A DNA stretch of 64,000 bases from Candidatus Latescibacterota bacterium (GCA_965204745.1 OZ242010.1:3680001-3744000), one strand, 5' to 3'. Counted from the stretch's first letter, positions 37,266 to 50,164 are shown. A program made the numbers and translations. Notes: a model not told the origin generated them from the letters alone.

Positions 37266-38570
37266 ATGAAAGAGGTCTTGTTTATCGCCTATCACTATCC
37301 CCCTATCGCATCTGGTACGGCCCGGGTAAAGGGGTTTGTCCAGCACTTACCCGAGTTGGGATATCGCCCGCACATCTTGACGACGGCAACCTACGGACAG
37401 ACATCTGACCCTCGGGTGTACCGCGCGCGTGAATTGCTCGGTTTGTACCGGTTTTTGTTTCATCGAAAACAGCGCGGCGCAATCCCCATTCAGCGGTCTT
37501 TTGAGCGCACGCAGATGCGCGGCATTCGCAACTTGGCGCGCCAGTGCAAGCGATTTCTATTCATTCCCGACGGGCAAATCGGATGGCTACCACACGCGCT
37601 TGGGATGGGGTTGCGACTCATCCGCCGGCACCGCATCGAGGTTTTGTATTCCACTGCGCCCCCTTTTTCGGCTCACCTGTTGGGCCTGATGCTCAAGCGA
37701 CTGACGGGAATACCCTGGGTTGCAGACTTTAGGGATACCTGGACCTATGACCCGCTTGACGAGGCATTGCTGGCTCTGCCCACGCGCCTGCAAATTGAAC
37801 GCTGGCTAGAGTGCGCGGTTTTGCACCGGGCAAACAGGGCGATTGCCGTTACAGATGTAGCTTTTGAAGATTTTGCCCATCGCTATCCCGCACTGCGCGA
37901 CCGGTTGCTGTTCATTCCAAATGGGTTCAATCCCGAGGACGTACCCAAACCCATTCCCTGCCCCGCAGAGCGTGCGCGGCTGCGTTTGGTCTATACGGGG
38001 TCCTTTTCTCACAGCCATGTTGCCCGATCTCCCGAGCCTTTTTTTGAGGGCGTCAAACGGTTTGCGAAGCGGTGTCCACACGAGGCGCGCAAGTTGGAAA
38101 TCGTGATTGTGGGCGCGCTCAGCCCTTCTGAACGACGATGCGCTGCGGAATTGGCTCAGGTCGTGAAATTGGTGGGACCCGTTTCTCGGCAAACGGCCAT
38201 CGGATGGCAACAGCGTGCCGATGTGTTGTTGTTGTCGGATCATGTGCATGCGGTACCGGCCTCAAATATCCCGGGAAAGTGTTATGAATATCTGGCCGCT
38301 CAAAAGCCCATTTTCGCGCTCGTTCCCGAAGGCGCGACTCGGCGGTTGATCGAGAAATTGCGAGCGGGTATTTGCGTTTTGCCAGATGATGTCAATGCAA
38401 TAGAGAGGGGTTTGAAAAAATTGCTGATGGCGCGACAAAATGGCGCGTTAGATACTTGGCGCGTATCTCGGGCACAACTGAAATGCTTTCACGCTCGCAC
38501 GACCGCCGCGCAACTCACTCGATGTTTTGATCGAATCACTTCTGACTGCCCTTCGCGCCTCCCGCCTTGA
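37266..38570 (+). CDS. Glycosyltransferase family 4
   Basis: AYHYPP, WVADFRDTW, PNGFNPED, PGKCYEY. Confidence 0.88.
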   Translation: MKEVLFIAYHYPPIASGTARVKGFVQHLPELGYRPHILTTATYGQTSDPRVYRARELLGLYRFLFHRKQRGAIPIQRSFERTQMRGIRNLARQCKRFLFIPDGQIGWLPHALGMGLRLIRRHRIEVLYSTAPPFSAHLLGLMLKRLTGIPWVADFRDTWTYDPLDEALLALPTRLQIERWLECAVLHRANRAIAVTDVAFEDFAHRYPALRDRLLFIPNGFNPEDVPKPIPCPAERARLRLVYTGSFSHSHVARSPEPFFEGVKRFAKRCPHEARKLEIVIVGALSPSERRCAAELAQVVKLVGPVSRQTAIGWQQRADVLLLSDHVHAVPASNIPGKCYEYLAAQKPIFALVPEGATRRLIEKLRAGICVLPDDVNAIERGLKKLLMARQNGALDTWRVSRAQLKCFHARTTAAQLTRCFDRITSDCPSRLPP

Positions 38571-38577
38571 CACGGCG

Positions 38578-38848
38578 CGAGTGCCCTGATTCTCGGTTTC
38601 AAGAACCAAGAGACCGTTGCATATTCGGTGTCGTTATCTATCGAGACGATAGATCGATCTCAAAACAAGGAGAAAGCAAAATGCCTGATCTGTAGCGTGA
38701 AACATTCGTAGAGAAGCGCGTCCTGTATCGCCTCAAAGTCCGGGGGCGGGTCGTTATCATTGCGCGAGTCGATGTCGAGCGGTTGCAACGAGCGGTTTGG
38801 GGCCAATGTCAATCCGTTCGCACTATCGAGACGCCCGTGGATGAGTAG
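38578..38848 (+). pseudogene. Decayed DUF4258 / YgiT-type zinc-finger toxin-antitoxin-like pair
   Basis: Fragments SALILGF and RPLHIRCRYLSR*IDLKTRR, then SD AAGGAG and MPDL*RETFVEKRVLYRLKVRGRVVII..VERLQRAVWGQ..VRTIETPV; frameshift, deletions and TAG stops. Confidence 0.55.
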
Positions 38849-38940
38849 CCTAACAGGACAAGCATGTAACAGGAAATCGAATTTTCCCCATTCCGCAGAT
38901 TCGCTGGGATGGGTCAACCCCCAACACAAAGGAGCACCCC

Positions 38941-40218
38941 ATGTGGAAATGGATGCAACATAAAATCGCTTCAGCACAAGTGCTGTCAGTGCTGTCCTTT
39001 ATCGCCCTTACATCGCTGGTCTTTACAGGGCCTGCCGGATCCAATTCTGAAAACGCGACCTCGAGCACTGAAAGCGCGCCGACAACCAAGACCGCGGGCA
39101 CGGTCGACCCGAATGGCGATGGCGCGGTTGATTTTTCGGTTGTTGCCTTTGGTCCCAACGCCAATGCGCGACTGTCATTAGATCTCGATGCCAGTGACAA
39201 TAAAATGAATGACGGCAACACATCGGGTACTGTTGCAGGTGCTGGTACCGATGTTGTCGTCGAGGTGTTTATCACGGGGTTGGCAGGCCCAATTATCGGT
39301 GGTGAGTTTTCCATTGATACGAATAGGCTGACCGTCAAGAGTGCGGCGGCTACGCCGGGGTTGTCGGTTCTTGGGACTACCGCAACAACTGTCTCATTTG
39401 GTGGTTTCCCACCGGGCATTACCCTGCCCAATGGCTATTTGGGAACGGTTACGCTTACGACAACTTCTGATGTGACCAATGTGGCGTTCACTGTCTCGGC
39501 AAGCATGAATGTGGCGGATGGCACAAATCTTGGTGAGACGGATATGATTACCGCTACACCTTTGTCGTTTAATACCACCCCGCCACCGCCTCCCTCGCCT
39601 CCCTTTTCACTTTCTTTGGATGGCGATGACGCAACCGGCGATCAAGCGGTCAAGGAGGTCGATGTTTCGCCCGGGGCCGTTGCGACCATCCAGGTCTTTG
39701 GCAAAGGGATTCGGAATGCGACCGGCGTTTCTGCGCGTTTTGAATACGATTCCGCGCAGGTGACTTACGAGGGATTTGACGCGGGCGGTATTCTGCCCAA
39801 TGCACAGGTGATTGCCCTACCTTCGAGGAATCCAACGGCTGTCGAGATTAGCCTCGTATCTTTTGGCGGGCAAGCCACTGCGGATAGCGGCTTGGTGGGC
39901 AATATTCGCTTTCGCACGATGAGCGCGTTTTCCAGCACGACGCTTCGGTTGGTGCGTGCGGATCTCGGCAGGGGGACGCAAACCGAGCGCGTGACGTTTG
40001 CCGATACCCAAATCACCTTACAACCCGCGGCACTGACGCCGGACTTCAACGGCGATGGGAGGGTCAATTTCGCCGACTTTTTGTTGTTCACCGCGCAATT
40101 CGGATTGCGGCGCGGCGACGCGGGTTATGAGGCGCGGTTCGATTTGGATGGCGATGGCACAATCGGCTTCGGCGATTTCCTGATCTTTGGTCGCGCCTTC
40201 GGTCGGGAAGAATCATAA
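38941..40218 (+). CDS. Secreted cohesin-like + dockerin/EF-hand protein
   Basis: Signal peptide, two beta-rich modules (SLDLD/SLDGD) joined by a Pro linker, paired DFNGDGRVNFADF and DLDGDGTIGFGDF. Confidence 0.75.
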   Translation: MWKWMQHKIASAQVLSVLSFIALTSLVFTGPAGSNSENATSSTESAPTTKTAGTVDPNGDGAVDFSVVAFGPNANARLSLDLDASDNKMNDGNTSGTVAGAGTDVVVEVFITGLAGPIIGGEFSIDTNRLTVKSAAATPGLSVLGTTATTVSFGGFPPGITLPNGYLGTVTLTTTSDVTNVAFTVSASMNVADGTNLGETDMITATPLSFNTTPPPPPSPPFSLSLDGDDATGDQAVKEVDVSPGAVATIQVFGKGIRNATGVSARFEYDSAQVTYEGFDAGGILPNAQVIALPSRNPTAVEISLVSFGGQATADSGLVGNIRFRTMSAFSSTTLRLVRADLGRGTQTERVTFADTQITLQPAALTPDFNGDGRVNFADFLLFTAQFGLRRGDAGYEARFDLDGDGTIGFGDFLIFGRAFGREES

Positions 40219-40246
40219 CTGCAGACAAACGAGGAGAGCGTTTGCA

Positions 40247-41176
40247 ATGGAAGCTATGCGTCCAAACCGGTCTTTGAAAAGCTACTTCGGAATCGCGCTC
40301 AGGGGCGTGTGCATGGGTTCAGCCGATGTCGTGCCCGGGGTGTCGGGCGGCACGATGGCACTGATCACAGGCATTTACGAAGAGTTGATTCTGTCGATTC
40401 GATCCTTCGATGCACGGGCACTGCGGCTTTTGATGGGGCTTCGGATCAAAGACCTGTTCGGTTACGTGCGCTGGCCTTTTTTGTGCGCCCTGCTCATGGG
40501 GATTCTCTTGGCGATTTTTTCCCTGTCGCGTGCGATTACCTATTTGTTGGAAAACGAGCCGGTTTTGCTGTGGGCGTTTTTCTTTGGGCTGGTGTTGGCG
40601 TCTGTTTATACGGTGGGCAAGCGCGTTCCGCAGTGGCATTGGCGAACTGTTTTGGGCGCGGTTGGCGCGACCCTGGGCGCGTATTTTCTCGTGGGCTTGG
40701 TGCCGGTTGAAATGCCGCACGGGCCACCGTATATTTTTTGTTCGGCTGTGATTGCGATTTGCGCGATGATTTTGCCGGGTATTTCCGGGTCCTTTGTGTT
40801 GGTCTTGCTCGGGCAGTATGCGTATATTTTGAACGCGGTCAATACGCGCGATCTGTTCGTCATCGCGGTCTTTGGCGCGGGCGCTGTGGTCGGGCTGATG
40901 GCATTTGCGCGCGTTCTGGGCTGGTTTTTTCAGCGGTATCACGACTTGACTATCGCGCTGTTGACCGGGCTGATGCTCGGCTCGCTCAGGAAAATTTGGC
41001 CGTGGAAAGAAACGATAGAGACGATAGTCAATCGGCACGGCGAGGAAGTGCCCTTGGTTCAGGTGAACGTGCTACCCGAGACGTGGACGAGTGAAGTGAT
41101 GGGTGCGCTCGGCCTCGCGCTTTTTGGGCTGATGCTCGTACTGGTGCTCGAGCGTTTGGCCCAGTCCAAGGAATAA
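40247..41176 (+). CDS. DUF368 membrane protein (undecaprenyl-phosphate translocase family)
   Basis: MGSADVVPGVSGGTMALITGIYE and AMILPGISGS. Confidence 0.9.
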   Translation: MEAMRPNRSLKSYFGIALRGVCMGSADVVPGVSGGTMALITGIYEELILSIRSFDARALRLLMGLRIKDLFGYVRWPFLCALLMGILLAIFSLSRAITYLLENEPVLLWAFFFGLVLASVYTVGKRVPQWHWRTVLGAVGATLGAYFLVGLVPVEMPHGPPYIFCSAVIAICAMILPGISGSFVLVLLGQYAYILNAVNTRDLFVIAVFGAGAVVGLMAFARVLGWFFQRYHDLTIALLTGLMLGSLRKIWPWKETIETIVNRHGEEVPLVQVNVLPETWTSEVMGALGLALFGLMLVLVLERLAQSKE

Positions 41177-41250
41177 TACCTCAGCGAATCAACGAATCAA
41201 CGAAGTGCGTCGGGTTTTGGGGCTGTTGGGCGGGGACTGACTACTGACTA

Positions 41251-41527
41251 GGTTCTGTTGACATTTACGAGCAAAGCAACTGGCTTGAGCGGTTTTGCGA
41301 GGGGGACCTACCCCCTAACCCCCTTCCTAAGAGGAAGGGGGAACGGTGATGGGTCTTCCGAGGGATTGCTCGAGAGGTTTTTTGGGTTCTATGGCGTGAT
41401 CCATTCGCCCAAAGCCATCAAAGGAGCTTTACTCCCCTTTCCTCGTAGGAAAGGGGCCGGGGGATAGGTCCCCTCGCGCTTTGCTAATCTGTGCGTAACG
41501 TGAAAAAAATGAAATGTCAACACAACC
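41251..41527. mobile_element. MITE family A, copy 2, inserted in a CTGACTA array
   Basis: CTGACTA|GGTTCTGTTGACATTT...AAATGTCAACACAACC|TACTGAC; empty-site twin at 45217-45308. Confidence 0.92.
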
Positions 41528-41670
41528 TACTGACTACTGACCACTTGGTGGTCGGGTTGGGCGGGAAACTTGCTACGCATGTGGTCTATTTTTGATTGTG
41601 CTTGACGGGGTTGCGTCTTGAAACTTAACATTGTCCCTCCACTTTTAACCCTTAATTCATCGAGGTAAAT

Positions 41671-42564
41671 ATGGCAAATTCGGATTACAAGATCGGCGTC
41701 GTAGGCGTGGGACGGATGGGGGCGAATATCGCGCGCCATCTCAACGACGATGGGTTTTCGGTCGTGGCGATTTACGACCTGCTCTTCGAAACCGCGTTGG
41801 GCATTGCCAGCGAGGTCCGCGGCCGGGCGCACACCGAACTCGCGGCTGTGACAAATTCGGCAGATTATATCATCACTGTGGTGACAGACGACGACGCGAT
41901 GCGGCGCATTTACACCACAGCAGGCGACAACCTGTTGCAAGGTGCAACGGGCAAGGTGTTTATCAACTGCGCGACTGTCACGCCGCGGGTTCACGTAGAG
42001 ATCGAACGCCTCGCCGAGCAAGCGGGCGCGAGCAGTTTGGAAGGTTGCATGGCCAGCAGCATTACCCAAGCGCGGGAAGGCACGCTCTATTTGATGTGCG
42101 GGGGCAAGCGGGCGGTCTTTGATCAGGCGCGTCCGATCCTCGAATCGATGAGCGCGAATTTGATCTACGTCGGCGAAGCGGGCCGAGCCGCTCAGGTCAA
42201 AGCCCTCGTCAATATGGTGATGAATATCAACACCGCGGGACTGGCAGAGGGTTTGGGACTGGGTGCCGCGCTCGGCTTGGATTTGAATGTGCTCATGGAG
42301 GTATTCTCGCAAACCGGGGCAAATTCCCGCGTGCTCGAGACCGATGGCGAGGATATGGTGAGCCGCGACCACGAGTGCTATTTCTCTGCGGATCACGCGG
42401 CAAAAGATTCGGGAATCGCCCTCTCGCTGGCCGATGACGCGGGCCTCAATCTGCCACTGGCAAAAGCGACAAAAGCCCAATTTGATCTCTTGAAGGCAAA
42501 AGACAAGGGCGACTTGGACAAATCGGCCGTTGCGGAATTGACTTTCCCGGGGCGAGATGATTAG
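41671..42564 (+). CDS. NAD(P)-dependent oxidoreductase, 3-hydroxyisobutyrate dehydrogenase family
   Basis: GVGRMGANIA, KALVNM, AAKD. Confidence 0.88.
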   Translation: MANSDYKIGVVGVGRMGANIARHLNDDGFSVVAIYDLLFETALGIASEVRGRAHTELAAVTNSADYIITVVTDDDAMRRIYTTAGDNLLQGATGKVFINCATVTPRVHVEIERLAEQAGASSLEGCMASSITQAREGTLYLMCGGKRAVFDQARPILESMSANLIYVGEAGRAAQVKALVNMVMNINTAGLAEGLGLGAALGLDLNVLMEVFSQTGANSRVLETDGEDMVSRDHECYFSADHAAKDSGIALSLADDAGLNLPLAKATKAQFDLLKAKDKGDLDKSAVAELTFPGRDD

Positions 42565-42865
42565 ACGGTGGCAAATGACATGGACAAGAAAACGCTCTCG
42601 GTCACATCGCTGTTTGAACGATGAAGCGGTGGTAGGGGTGTAGGGAGTAACCGCGCAATCCCAACCGCAGGATATAAGACGGGGCTAACGCACACGGCAG
42701 GGCGGAGATGGGCTGGGCACGCACGGGTGGCGGCGCGGTGAGGCCGCACGGGCGGTTGGGGGCGCGGAGGGGATAGGGAAAATCACTTGACATCGCGAGA
42801 GGGATTGGAGATTATTTATTTTCTTCCGCAAGTTGTTCAAACAATGACACATCAGGAGGTGCCCC

Positions 42866-43795
42866 ATGGCAGAATACGATACGATTCCCAAGCAGTTGAT
42901 TCGCATCTACCCGCAAGACCTCATCCGCTTGGCTCTCGGACGCGAGGATGTCGAAATTGAAGTTGAAGAAATTCTCGACACCGAACTCCCCAGGGTTGAA
43001 ACGCGCCTGGTCGATAGCCTCCTTCGCGTGCGGATCGATGGCAAGGAAGCCTTGGTTCACATCGAATTTCAAACCGCCGACAGCGCGGATATGGCTATTC
43101 GCCTGGCTTCCTATATCATCCGACTCATCGAGCAGTATGGCTTGCCGGTCTATTCCTTTGTCATCTACCTGCGTCCCAATGCCGGGCACCGCGATAAAGG
43201 ATACTACACGCAAGAACTTCCCGGTCATCGCGTCTTTGTCGAGTACAAGGTGCTTCGGTTGAGCGAGATGGACGGGCGAGGCATTCTTGAAGGCGGTCAG
43301 GCAGGCTTGCTTCCTTTCGCGCCATTGATGAAGCCGCCTGTGGGGATGGGTTCCGAGGATTGGTTGCGCGAGTGTGTTCGCAAGAGCGATTCGGTTTCGT
43401 TGGATCAAGCAGACAAGGCGAATTATTTGAGTAGCTTGGCGGTCTTGAGTGGGTTGGCGTACGATCCAAGCACCATCACGCGGATTCTTTCACAGGAGGG
43501 TCTTATGGACGCGATTATGCGTGAGTCATCGTTTGCCCAGTACCTCGAGGAACGCGGCATCGAGCGCGGCATCGAGCAGGGAATCGAGCAGGGAATCGAG
43601 CAAGGGGGTAGAGAACATACCATTGACGCTATCCTCGACGTGTTGGAGGTTCGTTTTGATCCGGCCGTTGCCGGTCAGTTCGCCGGTCGTATTGCGGTTA
43701 TCGACGATTTGCAACGGCTCAAGCGGTTGCTTCGCTCGGCAGTGCAAGTGGATGATCTGGCGGCCTTTCAGCACATGTTGGATGCGGAGGCCTGA
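42866..43795 (+). CDS. Rpn-family PD-(D/E)XK nuclease / putative transposase
   Basis: VDSLL...HIEFQ...MAIRLASY; C-terminal GIE(R/Q) repeats; internal SD + ATG at 43505. Confidence 0.85.
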   Translation: MAEYDTIPKQLIRIYPQDLIRLALGREDVEIEVEEILDTELPRVETRLVDSLLRVRIDGKEALVHIEFQTADSADMAIRLASYIIRLIEQYGLPVYSFVIYLRPNAGHRDKGYYTQELPGHRVFVEYKVLRLSEMDGRGILEGGQAGLLPFAPLMKPPVGMGSEDWLRECVRKSDSVSLDQADKANYLSSLAVLSGLAYDPSTITRILSQEGLMDAIMRESSFAQYLEERGIERGIEQGIEQGIEQGGREHTIDAILDVLEVRFDPAVAGQFAGRIAVIDDLQRLKRLLRSAVQVDDLAAFQHMLDAEA

Positions 43796-44251
43796 CGCGC
43801 ATCCCTTAACGACACAAGCCCTCGCATGCTGACCTTGAACGGATTGATTCGGGGCCAGTTGCGGGGGCTTTTTAGGGCGTGCGTACACAGGGCCGAGGGG
43901 AGAGGTCTTGCGAGGCGGAGCGGACAGTGCCTTTGAAGACCCGTCGCTTTCGTTCGGGGAGTGTATCACCGGAGGTACGACGATCCAGCGATTGATGAGT
44001 TTCGAGATGCAAAGCCTCGCATTTCAGAACGGGTGAATCACGACCCCAGCAACTGGTTGCGTATGATATTCAAGAAAAGCACCACGACAGATTGATTTCA
44101 CGACTTGTAAATGGATCAAAAAACCGATACTGATAGCTGTTGCACTTGACTCTTCACCGTCTTCAGGACAAGCTGTTGCGTGCGTTTTGATAAGGATTTG
44201 GATGGTTAGAGCATCTTTGAATCCCCGACCACATGGTAAATTTTCAAAGCA

Positions 44252-44288
44252 AAAGGGCTGTACATCTTCACTGATGTACAGCCCTTTG
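44252..44288. terminator. Rho-independent terminator
   Basis: AAAGGGCTGTACATC-TTCACT-GATGTACAGCCCTTT. Confidence 0.8.
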
Positions 44289-44309
44289 TATTTCGCGTGC
44301 GTAAATCCG

Positions 44310-45161
44310 TCACTCGGACTTGTCTTTTGGACTATCGAGATATTTGACGAAAACCACTTCGTTGCGCGATTCGTTGTAGAGCAATTCGTCCGCGCTCGTT
44401 TTGACCATCAGCAAGCCGAACCCGCCAGGGCGCAATCCTCGGTTTTCTCTGACGCTCATGTGCGCGATGGGGTCGTCGGGATTGTTGACCGCGGCGTGGT
44501 CGAGCGCGTCGATGTCAAAGCCGGATCCGGGATCTTCGATGCGAAACATGAGCATGCGCTCAAATCGGAGAAACGCGATGCGGACCTTTTTGCTCGGATC
44601 GAGTTGCCCGCCCCATTCAATGGCATTGGCGAGGAGCTCGTAAAATGACATGGCGATGGTCTCGCGCAGGTCTTCGGGCAGGTCGGCCTCCAGTTGCATC
44701 ACGAAATTTCGCATCCGGCTCGCGGCTTTTTGATCGCAGGGCACGAGCAGTTCGACCCAGTTGGGAGTCGCCGAGGTCACTTCGATGACAATGCCCTGTC
44801 CGGGCGCGTTGAGGCCGTCTTGGACCAGGCGGAGCAACTCTTGGGGGTCTATGGGTTTGGGGATGTAGTGATACGTCTGTTCGCGGATGGCTTTGAGCAA
44901 GGTATCTGGCGTGTCGTCAGAGGTCATAACAATGACCGGTGGCGGCGCGGGCAGGGTCTTTATTTTGCCGAGGAGTTCCAAACCGTTGAGGCCGGGCATC
45001 CAGATATCGGTCAATACCAAATCGAACGGGGTCTCGGCGATTCGGTCATAAGCCCGTTTGCCATCTGTTGCGGTTTCGGTTGTGTAGCCGGCGTCCTCGA
45101 GTATGGCTTCTACGAGTACTCGGGTCGGGCCGTCGTCTTCGGCGATTAGGATTCGGGACAT
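44310..45161 (-). CDS. Response regulator fused to an RsbW-like anti-sigma kinase (HATPase_c_2)
   Basis: AEDD..DIWMP..KP receiver; ELLANAIEWG, DPGSGFD, GGFGLL. Confidence 0.88.
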   Translation of the reverse strand: MSRILIAEDDGPTRVLVEAILEDAGYTTETATDGKRAYDRIAETPFDLVLTDIWMPGLNGLELLGKIKTLPAPPPVIVMTSDDTPDTLLKAIREQTYHYIPKPIDPQELLRLVQDGLNAPGQGIVIEVTSATPNWVELLVPCDQKAASRMRNFVMQLEADLPEDLRETIAMSFYELLANAIEWGGQLDPSKKVRIAFLRFERMLMFRIEDPGSGFDIDALDHAAVNNPDDPIAHMSVRENRGLRPGGFGLLMVKTSADELLYNESRNEVVFVKYLDSPKDKSE

Positions 45162-45216
45162 GGTTTGTACTCGGTGTTGAGTAGCAGAATAGACGCACTG
45201 GCGTCGCAGGTTATTT

Positions 45217-45308
45217 GACCATCAAGTGGTCAGTAGTCAGTAGTCAGTAGTCAGTCCCCGCCCAACAACCCCAAAACCCGACGTACTTCGTTGATTCGTT
45301 GATTCGCT
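45217..45308 (-). repeat. Composite heptamer repeat, inverted empty-site twin of 41183-41553
   Basis: Reverse complement reads AGCGAATCAACGAATCAACGAAGT..GCGGGGA(CTGACTA)3CTGACCACTTG.TGGTC. Confidence 0.9.
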
Positions 45309-45348
45309 TGTCATGGCATGTGGCTGTGCGTTTGGTCGGGTACTGTGG

Positions 45349-46047
45349 TTAAGCGGAGGAGGTGAGTTCTTCGAGCGCGGTTTGAACCGCTGACAACTCG
45401 CGTTCGAGTTGCTGGCAGGTCGGGCGCGCATCGCGCAAGTGATCGGCTTGGCCCATCTGTTCGAGCGCGGTAGCCATTTGATAGGCCGCGCTGGCGTCAA
45501 AATTGGCGACTGCACCCTTGAGCGCGTGGGCGGCTTGGCGCAGGTCTTCGGACGATTGCCGGTCGATGGCGCGGTGCAATGCGGCGATTTGGTCGGGCAG
45601 TTCTTCCAAGAAGATATCGACCATTTTTTCGAGAATTTGCATTCTGCCGCCCACGCGCGCCATGATGCCCTGGACGTCAATCGGCGGTGTTTCGGGACTG
45701 GCGTTTGAGAGGGGCAGAGTTTGCAACAGGGCAAAGAGTTGGTCCGCGCGAACCGGTCTGATCAGGGTTGCTGTTGCGCCCGCGTCGACGCAGGGTTGCG
45801 CGTATTCCTCCCGGGAGATGAGGCCGATGCTGAGGATGCCCGGGCGCGCTTGTGCGATTTGCGCGTCAAAATCCCGACACTCGTCTATGTCGATCAGCGC
45901 GAAGCGATACGATATGTCGGACAGATCAGGTGCGGACGCGACCCGATAGCCCTTTTGTTCGAGCAGCGCGTGGAGCAGGTGGCGATGGATGGGGTTGCGG
46001 TCGATGACGAGCGCGTCGCATTCGCCTGATGTCGGGGCATTGTCCAT
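45349..46047 (-). CDS. Degenerate receiver + Hpt phosphotransfer protein
   Basis: AAHALKGA Hpt motif; N-terminal receiver-like domain with RPV in place of KP. Confidence 0.8.
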   Translation of the reverse strand: MDNAPTSGECDALVIDRNPIHRHLLHALLEQKGYRVASAPDLSDISYRFALIDIDECRDFDAQIAQARPGILSIGLISREEYAQPCVDAGATATLIRPVRADQLFALLQTLPLSNASPETPPIDVQGIMARVGGRMQILEKMVDIFLEELPDQIAALHRAIDRQSSEDLRQAAHALKGAVANFDASAAYQMATALEQMGQADHLRDARPTCQQLERELSAVQTALEELTSSA

Positions 46048-46060
46048 CGTATCCGATCTC

Positions 46061-46290
46061 CAAAGCGCGAGGGGACCTATCCCCCGGCCCCTTTCCTACG
46101 AGGAAAGGGGAGTAAAGCTCTTTTGGCTTTGGGCGAATGGATCACGCCATAGAACCCAAAAAACCTCTCGAGCAATCCCTCGGAAGACCCATCACCGTTC
46201 CCCCTTCCTCTTAGGAAGGGGGTTAGGGGGTAGGTCCCCCTCGCAAAACCGCTCAAGCCAGTTGTTTTGCTCGTAAATGTCAACACAACC
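46061..46290. mobile_element. MITE family A, copy 3 (one end missing)
   Basis: Near-identical reverse complement of 41251-41483; ends AAATGTCAACACAACC|TA. Confidence 0.85.
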
Positions 46291-46464
46291 TAATAAGTAC
46301 AACCGATTGAGGGGTTGTGTCAACCACAATTATTTGAGCGCGTGGTTTGCAAATCCACATCCGGGAGAAGTACATTTTTCGTTGACTTCTGCTATCGCGT
46401 GTACAATCTTATGAAAAGATGGTAGGCGCATCGTTATCCCGATTTCTTTTTTGCGAGGTGGTTT

Positions 46465-46704
46465 ATGGATCTCAAGGATTTAGATCGCATCCACAAGGAA
46501 CAGGAAGAACGGCGAAAGTTCAGCAGCATTCTTCACCGTTTTGACGAAAGAAAAAACTTGCGGAATGGGTTTATCGTGATCGTGGTCGTCATTATTTTGG
46601 TGATTTTGCTCTATGGCGTCAAAGAGATGAATTTTCTCTTTGAATCCGTTCCGGGCGATGACCCAGTGGAACAGGTGACACCGCAGGAATCAGAGCCTGA
46701 ATAG
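46465..46704 (+). CDS. Small single-pass membrane protein
   Basis: SD GAGGTG; one hydrophobic helix. Confidence 0.6.
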   Translation: MDLKDLDRIHKEQEERRKFSSILHRFDERKNLRNGFIVIVVVIILVILLYGVKEMNFLFESVPGDDPVEQVTPQESEPE

Positions 46705-46739
46705 CAGTCAGGGGTCAGTCCGCCCTGCCCCTATCAGTC

Positions 46740-46765
46740 GTAGGGACAGGCTCCCGTGCCTGTCC
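46740..46765. repeat. GTAG-type REP hairpin
   Basis: GTAG-GGACAGG-CTCCCGTG-CCTGTCC; related copies near 4290, 9970, 14203, 51361, 54101 and 54199. Confidence 0.65.
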
Positions 46766-46894
46766 TTGCATCCCGCGGTGAAAAGGAATCATCTACTTGA
46801 CAAAATCCGATGCGGAATTTGAGCAGGTGTATATCATTGAAAAGAAGAAGTGGTTCTGAGGTATTTTCATTGATCTTTTTTTGGAAAACTGATC

Positions 46895-49798
<2,904 letters not shown>

Positions 49799-49822
49799 GG
49801 CACACACAGGAAGGGAATCACA

Positions 49823-50164
49823 ATGGCTTTTGAAGAAACAACGCAGGGGAATGTTCGCATTATCGAGCTCGACGGTCAGGTGACGGACCGCGAGATGTCG
49901 GCGTTGACGGAGTACGTCACCGAGTCTCTCGACCAGAACCCGGGGATGCAGATGGTTTTGGATTTGGGGCAGGTGCGCTGGTTGAACAGCATGGCATTTG
50001 GGGTTTTGACCGCGCTGTTGCAGCGGTTACGCAAGGCCGAGGGCGATTTGAAACTCGCCAATGCCCACGATCATGTGATCAGCGTTTTTGTGCAGACGCA
50101 ACTCATCAAAATTTTCGATCTCTACGATTCGGTCGATGAGGCTGTGGCGGCATTTCAGAAGTAA
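49823..50164 (+). CDS. STAS anti-sigma factor antagonist
   Basis: LDLGQVRWLNSMAFGVL with the phospho-acceptor Ser; SVDEAV C-terminus. Confidence 0.9.
   Translation: MAFEETTQGNVRIIELDGQVTDREMSALTEYVTESLDQNPGMQMVLDLGQVRWLNSMAFGVLTALLQRLRKAEGDLKLANAHDHVISVFVQTQLIKIFDLYDSVDEAVAAFQK

Noticed and set aside
43800-44250. Possible pseudogene (weak USP-like KPILIAVALDSSPSS) or ncRNA
   Set aside because: Too short and fragmentary to support by eye.
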